Both the position numbers and the translations under genes were made by a program. Positions 30,585 through 39,559 of a stretch of DNA of 64,000 bases are shown piece by piece. This DNA is from a virus. Taxonomy: Duplodnaviria; Caudoviricetes. The DNA is taken from positions 11,501 through 75,500 of the IMG/VR virus record IMGVR_UViG_3300035505_000313. One strand, given 5' to 3'. Under the pieces are notes generated by a model, which made no database searches, was not told where the DNA came from, and was given only the letters and a program-made list of their open reading frames with translations. The stretch's first letter is position 1. Each line of letters begins with the position of its first letter.

Positions 30585-33122
30585 TTATTTAAAGCTAAGA
30601 CGTACAAGAACTTTTCCAGCTCCACCGCCTGAACCAGTTAATGCAATACCAATAATATCTTCAGCAAGATTCTTATCAGTTACATAAGCTTTACCTTTAC
30701 CAGCATTTTCAGATGACATAACTACATATTCACCAGATTTTACTGCAGAATCTACATTTACTTCATGTATACCTGCTGTAACTACTGGATAATTCTTAGA
30801 AGTGTCACCACCTGCTGCAATACCTATATTATCATCAAAAATACCAAATGGAATACACCTAGATGTATCACTCTTTAATGCTTTCTGAATATAAATATCT
30901 TCTTCAGCTCTACCTGCTAAGATACCAACAATATCACCATTCTGGAAGGAATGTGCTAATACATCACTCTCAATAGTAACAAAGTTACCAAGTCCTTTAT
31001 TATCAGAGTTATAACGAGTAGACTGTAAGTAACCATTATAACTTAAAAATTGTGTACCTGTACATTCAATTTTGGATTTATACCAATAACCATCTTGCAC
31101 AGTTTCTTGTGTTCTATCCCAATTATAATGGTACTTCAAGAACCTTTCTCTTGTCTGAATACGATAAGGATTAACAAGCATAAGCTTGAACTTACCACAA
31201 TAACTACCAGAGTTATATACTTTGATACGTGTTTCAGTAGCATCTACTGAAATCTCACCAACCATACAGTCAATTTCATTGATGTTATTTCCTGATACAT
31301 CAGGTGTAACAGAAATCAAGAATGGTACATTAGATGTAATACCATGAGGAATCAACGTAGGGTCATCTGAACCAGAGAAGTAACCTGTTAATGATAAAGA
31401 TGTATCATAATCATCAGTATTAAATGCTGCCCAATGGAATTTGGTCTTAGCATCACCAGTATTATATACATAGATGTTTTCAGCATCCCAATCAAAGTAA
31501 TACTCACCTAAGTCACCAGTTGGATTCTCCCAAGCTTGTACTGTAACAAAGTCAGGAATCTTAGGAAGTCCATGAGGAATAGTAAGTTTATCACTATTAC
31601 CAATGAAGTTCTCAAATCCATAATTAACTGGTTCAGAACTATCAAGATTCTTAATTGCAACCCAATCGAATTCTGTATTAGCAATACCTGAGTTATGTAC
31701 ATAGATGTATGTATCATCCCAACTAACCCAAGTCTCACCTAAGTTACCACCATTATCAGCTGCAGGATTCATGACAACAAAGTCAGGAGTTTCACCAAGA
31801 TTATGAGAAATCCTTAACTCTTGTCCTAAACCTAAAAACTGGTTTGTACCTGTTTTAACATTAAACCTACTAGTTGTAATGTCTTCTTTTAAGTTATCAA
31901 GTTCATTATTGATAGCATCAATTCTATCCTTAGTCCATTGTGTAAACTCAGCATATATGTAGTTAATAAATTCATCTACAATCTTCTGATATAATGAATA
32001 AGCATAGTCCTTAATAATAATATCTTGTGAATCAACATAATACTTTTCTACAAGTCTATCATTGATATCAAGAATCTGCTGTTCTATATTATTATAGAAA
32101 TTCAAATCACCATTTAAAGCTGTAGTAACTTGCTTTAAGCTCATATACTCAGTATCTTGCTTATCAGTATTACTTCCTAAAACTGCATTTGTTAAAACAT
32201 CCATTGATGAATCATAACTATAGATATCGCCTAAATCTCTATTCTTAAGAACCTGTACTAAACCATACTTCAATGCAAATTCATCTTCATAGTATGATGT
32301 TCCATTAAGAGGTAATTGATTTCTATTAGAAGTTGACTTAGGTTTAAAGTCATGAAGTACTTCAAGAAGCATATCTTGGTCGTTAAGATTAGTGACATCA
32401 TATCCTCTCATAGTACTAATAATCTTCAAACCAATGTTCTGAAGAAATTCAATATCATAATAAGAATTAGGAGATAAATAAGGGTCATTCTCAAGGACGT
32501 TCTTAAATACTCCTGGATTTGATACTTGGACTTTCATATCCAATGTATCTAATTCAACTTCTGCAATAGAATCACCTATTGAGATATTTCTCTGAGTTAA
32601 GACATCCAAGAAACCTACACGAATAAGAGCATCCTTATTCCTATAAGCATACTTAGCATCAAGTTGATACAAAGCATCAATATCATCAATCTCTGTAATA
32701 ATTTCAGTTGGAGTAATAGGATTTGATTGTACTACCAGATTATATAACATTTCTACATCATAAAAATCGTAGTACTTAACATTTCTTAAATCAAGAACTC
32801 TCTCGAATCCAACTCTCATAAGAAAATATGTGTAATAATAAGCATCTGAATAAGTTCTAAAGAACTTAGTAGATTCATCTACACCAACCTTATTTACGAT
32901 TGCACTCTTATCTTGAAAATGGATAGCAGCTTCGTCAATCATTGTACGAACTTGATTGAAGAAATTGTAGATATCTTCAATGGATGTAATATCGAGCAAT
33001 GTTAACTCATCTGAAGTAAGATGTTTAAGTTTATCTATTAAGATTTCTCTGTCGTATTCATTACGAGCTACAAAGTACTTCAGGAGTTCATCTATTTCAA
33101 ATTGTTCTGGTCTTAATCCCAT
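30585..33122 (-). CDS. Probable virion protein with three gp53/H-lectin-like repeats and a C-terminal cement-like domain
   Basis: Three copies of I(S/P)H(N/G)L...P.F...G(N/D)LGE...IYV.N(S/T)G, then V.SGEYV...GK...IIGIAL. Likely start MGLRPEQ at 33122 after AAAGGAG. Confidence 0.55.
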   Translation of the reverse strand: MGLRPEQFEIDELLKYFVARNEYDREILIDKLKHLTSDELTLLDITSIEDIYNFFNQVRTMIDEAAIHFQDKSAIVNKVGVDESTKFFRTYSDAYYYTYFLMRVGFERVLDLRNVKYYDFYDVEMLYNLVVQSNPITPTEIITEIDDIDALYQLDAKYAYRNKDALIRVGFLDVLTQRNISIGDSIAEVELDTLDMKVQVSNPGVFKNVLENDPYLSPNSYYDIEFLQNIGLKIISTMRGYDVTNLNDQDMLLEVLHDFKPKSTSNRNQLPLNGTSYYEDEFALKYGLVQVLKNRDLGDIYSYDSSMDVLTNAVLGSNTDKQDTEYMSLKQVTTALNGDLNFYNNIEQQILDINDRLVEKYYVDSQDIIIKDYAYSLYQKIVDEFINYIYAEFTQWTKDRIDAINNELDNLKEDITTSRFNVKTGTNQFLGLGQELRISHNLGETPDFVVMNPAADNGGNLGETWVSWDDTYIYVHNSGIANTEFDWVAIKNLDSSEPVNYGFENFIGNSDKLTIPHGLPKIPDFVTVQAWENPTGDLGEYYFDWDAENIYVYNTGDAKTKFHWAAFNTDDYDTSLSLTGYFSGSDDPTLIPHGITSNVPFLISVTPDVSGNNINEIDCMVGEISVDATETRIKVYNSGSYCGKFKLMLVNPYRIQTRERFLKYHYNWDRTQETVQDGYWYKSKIECTGTQFLSYNGYLQSTRYNSDNKGLGNFVTIESDVLAHSFQNGDIVGILAGRAEEDIYIQKALKSDTSRCIPFGIFDDNIGIAAGGDTSKNYPVVTAGIHEVNVDSAVKSGEYVVMSSENAGKGKAYVTDKNLAEDIIGIALTGSGGGAGKVLVRLSFK

Positions 33123-33254
33123 AGTATAAGTCTCCTTTCTAAATAAAATAATAATCTTATAATTTATTGTTACAGGATAAGTAATACACCTAAAGGAACT
33201 TATGTCCTTTAGGTGTATAAAATATATCATATAAATAATAATATGAAGGCTAAT

Positions 33255-34154
33255 TTACTCAAGTCCAAGCTTTCTTAATCTCTCATGATGAGTGTTGTAA
33301 GCTCTTGAACGGATATCATAAATGATATTTGATGTCTCTGTCTCATTGTCACATCGATTAATGTCATATAGTCCATCTTGATGGGAAATGTCATCACCAG
33401 AACGTCCATAACTTTCAGCTACGACTTTACCAGAAGCATCACGAATATAACTTCTTACATCTTCTTTAGGTTTAACCCAGTTAAATAAATCAACACTGAT
33501 TGGCTCTTCAAATTCTCCATTACAGATTCTCTGAGAAAGCAAATCCATTTCATAGTTAAACCTCTCAATGTAAGGTGGAAGCAGAGGTACAACTGATTCT
33601 ACAGTACCAATACCAAACTCTCTAATACCTAACTTATAAAGGTCATCAATGCTTGAGTTAAGATAACCAATATTCCAAGGATGAGTGGTAATATGAACAC
33701 CTAAGTCATAAATACCTGCTTTATGTAAAGCTTCAATATTCCTAACTACAGTGTTATAAGTATTTGTACCAGTACCTTTGAATACTCTGAACATATTAGC
33801 TAATGGATGACCATCCATACTAATAGCAAAGTGCACTCTCTCTGTCTTAAGCATATCAATCAATTCGTTATTGATAATAGTTCCATTAGTGGTGATTGTG
33901 AAATCAACATCCAAGTTAGGATACTCATTAGTAACATATATTACTGTATTTCTAATGTTATCCCAAGCCATCATAGGCTCACCACCTAAGAACTCAATTC
34001 CGAATGAATCAGAAGTTCTAAACTTGATAATATTATCTAAAGTCTCTTTAACTTCTTCCCAAGTGTATGTGCTTGTCTTATCTTGTTCATAGCAGTATTT
34101 ACAAGCACAATTACATGCTTTAGTAACATGTAAAACATATGTTTCTCTTGCCAT
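33255..34154 (-). CDS. Radical SAM enzyme (anSME-like core, no SPASM domain)
   Basis: CNCACKYC, FLGGEP, ITTNGT, ISMDG. Confidence 0.88.
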   Translation of the reverse strand: MARETYVLHVTKACNCACKYCYEQDKTSTYTWEEVKETLDNIIKFRTSDSFGIEFLGGEPMMAWDNIRNTVIYVTNEYPNLDVDFTITTNGTIINNELIDMLKTERVHFAISMDGHPLANMFRVFKGTGTNTYNTVVRNIEALHKAGIYDLGVHITTHPWNIGYLNSSIDDLYKLGIREFGIGTVESVVPLLPPYIERFNYEMDLLSQRICNGEFEEPISVDLFNWVKPKEDVRSYIRDASGKVVAESYGRSGDDISHQDGLYDINRCDNETETSNIIYDIRSRAYNTHHERLRKLGLE

Positions 34155-34165
34155 AGTAAATCCTC

Positions 34166-35395
34166 CTAATCTTCTACAGTTGAATGGTGACCAGCAACAT
34201 TAACTACGTTACAGTTCTCATACTCATCCTTAATAGGCTGTAGATTTTCATCAATAAGACCAGCTTCAACTAATCTGTCTTTTACCCAATGCTGAACATC
34301 ACGCTCAACATGTGACATCATACAACGTTCTCTCCTAATAGTCTGGAAGAGATTCTGATGTCTTCCCCAGTTATCAGCAATACATCTATAACAATGGAAG
34401 CAATCACAAGTAGGATTCTCTGTTGCACAAGACATATCAGAACCATCATAATCATTGTATAACAAATCCTTCATTTCATCAATACCATCATCCAGATTAC
34501 CAATAATAGTATAGTTGTCTGGGTCATTATAATAAATTTGATGACAAGGTGAAATCAAACCTGATGCAGTAATTGATACGAAGTTCTTACCTGCACCACA
34601 CGGAGCACCAAAACCATTGATACACATAAGTGTTTTATCAATCGGTGCATAAGAATAAATGTACTGTAAATCACGTTCTTCGATAGCTTTATTTACAAGC
34701 ACTTCAGCAATCTTAATTAACTGCTCTTTGTAACTTCTTACACTTTCAATAGTATATCCATTATCAGAATGGATAGGCATAAACCAAATCCAAGGACATT
34801 TCCATTCCTCTACAAAGAACTTATAATTCTCAAACAGATACATCATGTTATCAGAAGTCAAACAAGAGTGAAGACACAATCTATTATTGAACGTACCCTC
34901 TTCTCCAAGGATTCTCTGCCAGAACTTTACACCCTCGGCAACCTTATCAAATGTACCTTTACCATCAATGGTAACACGATTCTGGTCATGACACTCCTTA
35001 ATACCATCAACAGAAATCTGTACATTGATATGACATAAATCCTTATACTTTGTAAACAGTTCCTCATACTTATCATTGAAGATAGTACCATTTGTAATAA
35101 TAGTTACTACAAATACAATACCAGTTTCCTCATCAAGCTGATGACCTATTTCAAATGCTTTTTTCATACCCTCATAATTTAATAAAGGCTCTCCACCAAA
35201 TGCTGTGATTGATACACAATCGTCACCAGTAATCTGAGCATTTTTATATAAAAAGCGAATAGCCTTTTCAACTGTCTCAACTGACATGTTCTGATTATGG
35301 TGAGCACCCAGTTCGAAACAGTACTTACAGCGTAAATTACATTGTTCGGACAAGAGTAAACTTGCCGCTGTTGGATAACAACTCATAACCAACAT
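34166..35395 (-). CDS. Radical SAM/SPASM peptide-maturase-like enzyme
   Basis: CNLRCKYC, FGGEPLL, ITNGT, QISVDG; SPASM CGAG...ISPCHQ...CDCFHCYRC...C. Confidence 0.9.
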   Translation of the reverse strand: MLVMSCYPTAASLLLSEQCNLRCKYCFELGAHHNQNMSVETVEKAIRFLYKNAQITGDDCVSITAFGGEPLLNYEGMKKAFEIGHQLDEETGIVFVVTIITNGTIFNDKYEELFTKYKDLCHINVQISVDGIKECHDQNRVTIDGKGTFDKVAEGVKFWQRILGEEGTFNNRLCLHSCLTSDNMMYLFENYKFFVEEWKCPWIWFMPIHSDNGYTIESVRSYKEQLIKIAEVLVNKAIEERDLQYIYSYAPIDKTLMCINGFGAPCGAGKNFVSITASGLISPCHQIYYNDPDNYTIIGNLDDGIDEMKDLLYNDYDGSDMSCATENPTCDCFHCYRCIADNWGRHQNLFQTIRRERCMMSHVERDVQHWVKDRLVEAGLIDENLQPIKDEYENCNVVNVAGHHSTVED

Positions 35396-35400
35396 CCTCC

Positions 35401-36378
35401 TTACTCAATAATTCCTAAATTTTTATAGGTCTTCTTGAACCCTGGACCATAGTCCCAATCATCACAAAGACCTTCAACAGTTGCCCAGTCGAACAAGATT
35501 TCTTGGTCATCATTATGACGACATCTTTCAACTGCAGAACTGCAATCCATAACGGAAAAGCTATACTTTTTGTCAAGTACTTCTTCCATGATATCATAAA
35601 CCATACCATCATCATAAAGATGATAATAGAAATCCTTAAATGCACGATACTTGTTATCAGCATAGTACTTCATAATAGCATCACGATTTCCGGGACTTAT
35701 CTGTACTTCTACAAGGTCAAGATGCTTTCCTCCTACACTATCCAGAATAGGAAGCATTTCGAATAACTTATCTCTATGTAAAGACCATGAAGGTTCTTCA
35801 ACAGTGATTCGGAATCCCATGTTAGCAGCCTTTTCCATGTTATTATAAACCTGTTTAGAGAAGAATGAAGCTGAAACATGGAAACGAAGTTCCTCAACTC
35901 TCATCTCTTTCATTCTCTTAAGATTCTCCTCATTACACAGAATACCATTTGTATATACAAAGTAGTAATGGTTAATACCATTACGGTCTCCAATATCATT
36001 CAGAATCAAAGCAAATTTCTCTAACTCATCAAGGTAAGCTACTGTCTCACCTGCGGACTGATAAGAAAAGATTGTAGGCTTGAAATTCTGAAGATTCTGT
36101 GACATAAAGAACCAATCAGCAAGCTTGCTGTTAATGGAATCCATTGTTTCCTCACCTCTATTAATATCATAATAGCAATAAGGACAGTTACACATACATT
36201 TAGTTCCAATCTGAACTCCTGAACCTTGTTCTCCAGTAAAACATTTACGACATCCTGGAGATATCTTTCCAATATGGAAAGCATGACCATTAGCGTGCAT
36301 TTCAGCACCTTTCTTGAGAAGCTCTTGCTGTCTAGCAAACTTCTCCAACTGAATCTCCTGATAAGGTACAACTCGCAT
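35401..36378 (-). CDS. Radical SAM enzyme, COG2108-like (PFL-activase-related)
   Basis: GKISPGCRKC...GTKCMCNCPYC, YTNG, ELRFH. Likely start MRVVPY at 36378 after AAGGAGG. Confidence 0.75.
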   Translation of the reverse strand: MRVVPYQEIQLEKFARQQELLKKGAEMHANGHAFHIGKISPGCRKCFTGEQGSGVQIGTKCMCNCPYCYYDINRGEETMDSINSKLADWFFMSQNLQNFKPTIFSYQSAGETVAYLDELEKFALILNDIGDRNGINHYYFVYTNGILCNEENLKRMKEMRVEELRFHVSASFFSKQVYNNMEKAANMGFRITVEEPSWSLHRDKLFEMLPILDSVGGKHLDLVEVQISPGNRDAIMKYYADNKYRAFKDFYYHLYDDGMVYDIMEEVLDKKYSFSVMDCSSAVERCRHNDDQEILFDWATVEGLCDDWDYGPGFKKTYKNLGIIE

Positions 36379-36406
36379 AATAAAATCCTCCTTCATATTA
36401 TTTTTC

Positions 36407-37294
36407 TTAATATACAAAATTGCACTTTTTGAATAACTCTTGTAAAAAAGGGTCATATTTGATTATACGCAAATTTTCTTCTCGGTAATCATTAGTCCAA
36501 GCATTATCTGGACTCTGCTTCTCACAAGCAACCCCTCCAAAGTGGAAGAAATAAGGATTCCAATTAACTCCTTGTTTACCAAGATAATCTGCAGTAGAAT
36601 AATAAATTTTTCTTCTCAATATTTCATTAAAAAAGTATGTTCCGCTATCATAACATCCATACAAGTATCTAGAATATTTATCGTTTACTTCTTTGCTTTC
36701 AATATTATCAAAGTATAAATGTTCTTTGTCTATAAGTAATTGAATGTCCATAAAAGCTAATCCCATCCAAATTCTTTTATGATAAACTTTATCATTATAT
36801 CTTTCTAATGTTAAAGGGCATATATCAGGATTATTGCTATTAAAAATATCATCATAGTTATGATTTGGAATAGAAAATATTGTTTTATCTAATATACCAA
36901 TAATATTAGCTTTTTTATGTATTACTTCTTTGAACATTATTTTTAGTGTTGCTTGACTTTTGATAATAATGTCACCATCTAAGAATAAAGCATACATAAC
37001 ATTATTTTTATGTGCATATAAGAAACATTCATTGTAAATCTTATTTACTCTAACGGTAATATTCTTTTCATCATTACTAAACCTTGACCATGTTATAACT
37101 TTATAACCTTTACTTTCCGCCCAAGCTTTAGTATCATCTGTAGAATCATCATCAAAAATAACTATGTTATCTTTAAACATAGGATAAAATGTTAGTACAG
37201 ATTCACTAGCAAGCTCAAGATATGGTCTTATATTCTTACCAGAAATAAAAATATAAAAACCTCCTAATTCTTTTAATTCTCTTATATAATCCAT
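36407..37294 (-). CDS. Divergent GT-A (GT2-like) glycosyltransferase
   Basis: IVIFDDDSTDDT, LFLDGDII (DxD), YDSGT, FFHFGG. Confidence 0.7.
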   Translation of the reverse strand: MDYIRELKELGGFYIFISGKNIRPYLELASESVLTFYPMFKDNIVIFDDDSTDDTKAWAESKGYKVITWSRFSNDEKNITVRVNKIYNECFLYAHKNNVMYALFLDGDIIIKSQATLKIMFKEVIHKKANIIGILDKTIFSIPNHNYDDIFNSNNPDICPLTLERYNDKVYHKRIWMGLAFMDIQLLIDKEHLYFDNIESKEVNDKYSRYLYGCYDSGTYFFNEILRRKIYYSTADYLGKQGVNWNPYFFHFGGVACEKQSPDNAWTNDYREENLRIIKYDPFLQELFKKCNFVY

Positions 37295-38397
37295 TATCTT
37301 GCATACTCCTCTATTAAATTTGTATCAATATCTTCTACTTTACCAAACTCATCAGTTATATCAAAGTTGAAGTGCTTTACAATAAATTCTGCTTTACTAT
37401 ACTTTCTAATAGTTCTTATATTATTAGCTAAATACATTTCAGCAGTACTTTTATTATTATTAATTTCATCTTCTCTTATCTTATTTTCTCTAGAAAAATT
37501 TTCTTTAAGTTTTAGAAATGATGACCTAAAACCTAAATGGCATAAATAAGGTTTACCATAAGGAAAATTATCTTTGCTATCATTAGATTTATCAGCATTT
37601 ATTGTATATTCAAACTTAGAAAATGGAATATTAAATAGCCTTACATCACGATAAAATAAAGAACCACTATCCAAATAAGGTGGATTAGATAGACACTCCA
37701 AATAAGGGTCATCTAATGGGTCAAATAGCATATTATTTTCCTTAAGAGTTGATAAATCTAATAAACCATGAAATAAATGAATCCTATATGGAAGAATTCT
37801 TTTACATTCAGGTTTGTAATTATCTAAAGTATCATGAAGCGTTTGTATATAATCTTTAGGAACACCTTTTGATGGTGCTTCATCATATACATTACTTCCC
37901 ATAGATGAAATATTAACAACCATAGCAGAATTATCTAAATACATAGTATCAAACATAGTGTCTAAAAAGTAATCGAAGAAAAATACATCACCATCATTCA
38001 TAAGTAAATATCTAGTTTGTACTTGTTCAAATATATCATTGAACATCACATTTACTTTATATGAATAACATAATGAACCATACTTTGAACTCATTCTTTC
38101 TTCATAGTTTTCTATATATTTCCTATATTTAGGAGACCATGTAATAACTCTAATATCCATTTCTTCTAAAGCTTCTCTAGTTCCATCATTTGAATCATCA
38201 TCAAATACAACTATATTCTTTTTAAGATATGGATAAAAATACAAGAATGAATTAATAGCAAATATTAAAGTTCCTTTAATATTCTTAGCTGAAAAAGCTA
38301 CTGTTAAATCATCATACACATGCCTATTAAATGTATAGTGAATCAAACTTTTAAGCTTATCCTGTTCTGAATAAGGGGTGTTTTCAAATTGAATCAT
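37294..38397 (-). CDS. Divergent GT-A (GT2-like) glycosyltransferase, paralog of 36407-37294
   Basis: IVVFDDDSNDGT, LLMNDGDVFF, YLDSGS, LCHLG. Confidence 0.7.
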   Translation of the reverse strand: MIQFENTPYSEQDKLKSLIHYTFNRHVYDDLTVAFSAKNIKGTLIFAINSFLYFYPYLKKNIVVFDDDSNDGTREALEEMDIRVITWSPKYRKYIENYEERMSSKYGSLCYSYKVNVMFNDIFEQVQTRYLLMNDGDVFFFDYFLDTMFDTMYLDNSAMVVNISSMGSNVYDEAPSKGVPKDYIQTLHDTLDNYKPECKRILPYRIHLFHGLLDLSTLKENNMLFDPLDDPYLECLSNPPYLDSGSLFYRDVRLFNIPFSKFEYTINADKSNDSKDNFPYGKPYLCHLGFRSSFLKLKENFSRENKIREDEINNNKSTAEMYLANNIRTIRKYSKAEFIVKHFNFDITDEFGKVEDIDTNLIEEYAR

Positions 38398-38419
38398 AAA
38401 TTATCCTCCTAGTCAAAAT

Positions 38420-38455
38420 AAATGGGATAAGATTACGAATAATCTTATCCCATTT
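38420..38455. terminator. Terminator-like hairpin inside the Cys-repeat/radical SAM locus
   Basis: 16 bp inverted repeat AAATGGGATAAGATTA/TAATCTTATCCCATTT. Confidence 0.65.
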
Positions 38456-38458
38456 ATT

Positions 38459-39145
38459 TTATTTGTTAAGTCTGTCTTCAATACGTCTTAAAGATGTAAG
38501 AATAGCAGTTAAACTCTGAATCAACAAAGTTTCTGTTTCTTCATTCTCAATAACAGCAGATGTTTCTTCTTTCTTACATCCACAGTTACATGATTCTGCT
38601 TCTTTAGCAGCTTGTTGTTTTCTAAGTTCACCTACAAATGTTCCGTCACCATAAACTTTTTCACTATTACGTTCCATGAATTCCTTTACAGTTTCGTTAA
38701 TATGAGGGAAATTATCTTCATTCCATTTAGCTTCTTCTTGTTTATCAAGAAGGTCTTCTGGATAATGAACTCCTTCTGGGTCTTCATATCTTAGATAATC
38801 TGGATTATGAGATAAATCATCAACAACTTGATATTTCTTAGGATTATATTCTTTCTTCTTAGGTTCTTCACCAACACGAACAACAACATCACATCCATTG
38901 GACGTATCAGGATTATTTACGAATGGACTTCTGTCTACAACATCACACCCATCAGCAGTATCAAATTCAACTTCCCTACAATTACTGATGAAATCTTTAC
39001 TTACTTGGTCATCGTCATTAATAGGAACACATACTACAACATCACAGTTACTAGTATCAACGTCTCCTCTGCATTGACAATCACATCCAACTTCATCTAC
39101 AGAGTAACCTCCAGGATAGTATTTACTTCTATCAAATAAAGCCAT
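38459..39145 (-). CDS. Acidic protein with DT(S/A)xG?CDVV repeats
   Basis: GCDCQCRG, three CDVV motifs and SCNCGC. Confidence 0.65.
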   Translation of the reverse strand: MALFDRSKYYPGGYSVDEVGCDCQCRGDVDTSNCDVVVCVPINDDDQVSKDFISNCREVEFDTADGCDVVDRSPFVNNPDTSNGCDVVVRVGEEPKKKEYNPKKYQVVDDLSHNPDYLRYEDPEGVHYPEDLLDKQEEAKWNEDNFPHINETVKEFMERNSEKVYGDGTFVGELRKQQAAKEAESCNCGCKKEETSAVIENEETETLLIQSLTAILTSLRRIEDRLNK

Positions 39146-39210
39146 AATAAGATTCTCCTCCTAATTTTATTTTTAATAAATTATTTCTTCTAGCTTTTAA
39201 AGATTAAACT

Positions 39211-39537
39211 TTATTTACAAGCAGAGCTTACAACTTTGTTAGAGCTTCCACAACCACTATATGTAGGTGTGCTACAAGCAGAAGAAGTTACCTTATTAGA
39301 ACTTCCACAAGAACCATAAGTAGCTGTAGATGGTTTAACTGTACCACATGAAGATGTAGTAGACTTAGAAGTAGAATTCTTAGTCTCTACTACCTTAGTA
39401 TCTACAGTCATACCACACTGACCATAAGTAATAGTAGTTGTCTGAACCAGCTTCTTGAGGTTCTTAGAGTTACATGCTGAATAGGTTGATTCTGGAACTT
39501 TTACGTTCTTCTGTCCATACTTATAAAACTTAGCCAT
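39211..39537 (-). CDS. Short Ser/Thr/Cys-rich protein (precursor-peptide-like)
   Basis: Start MAKFYKYG after AAGGAGG. Repeats YGSCGSSNKVTSSAC and YSGCGSSNKVVSSAC. Confidence 0.7.
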   Translation of the reverse strand: MAKFYKYGQKNVKVPESTYSACNSKNLKKLVQTTTITYGQCGMTVDTKVVETKNSTSKSTTSSCGTVKPSTATYGSCGSSNKVTSSACSTPTYSGCGSSNKVVSSACK

Positions 39538-39559
39538 AATGTTTTCCTCCTTAAATCTT

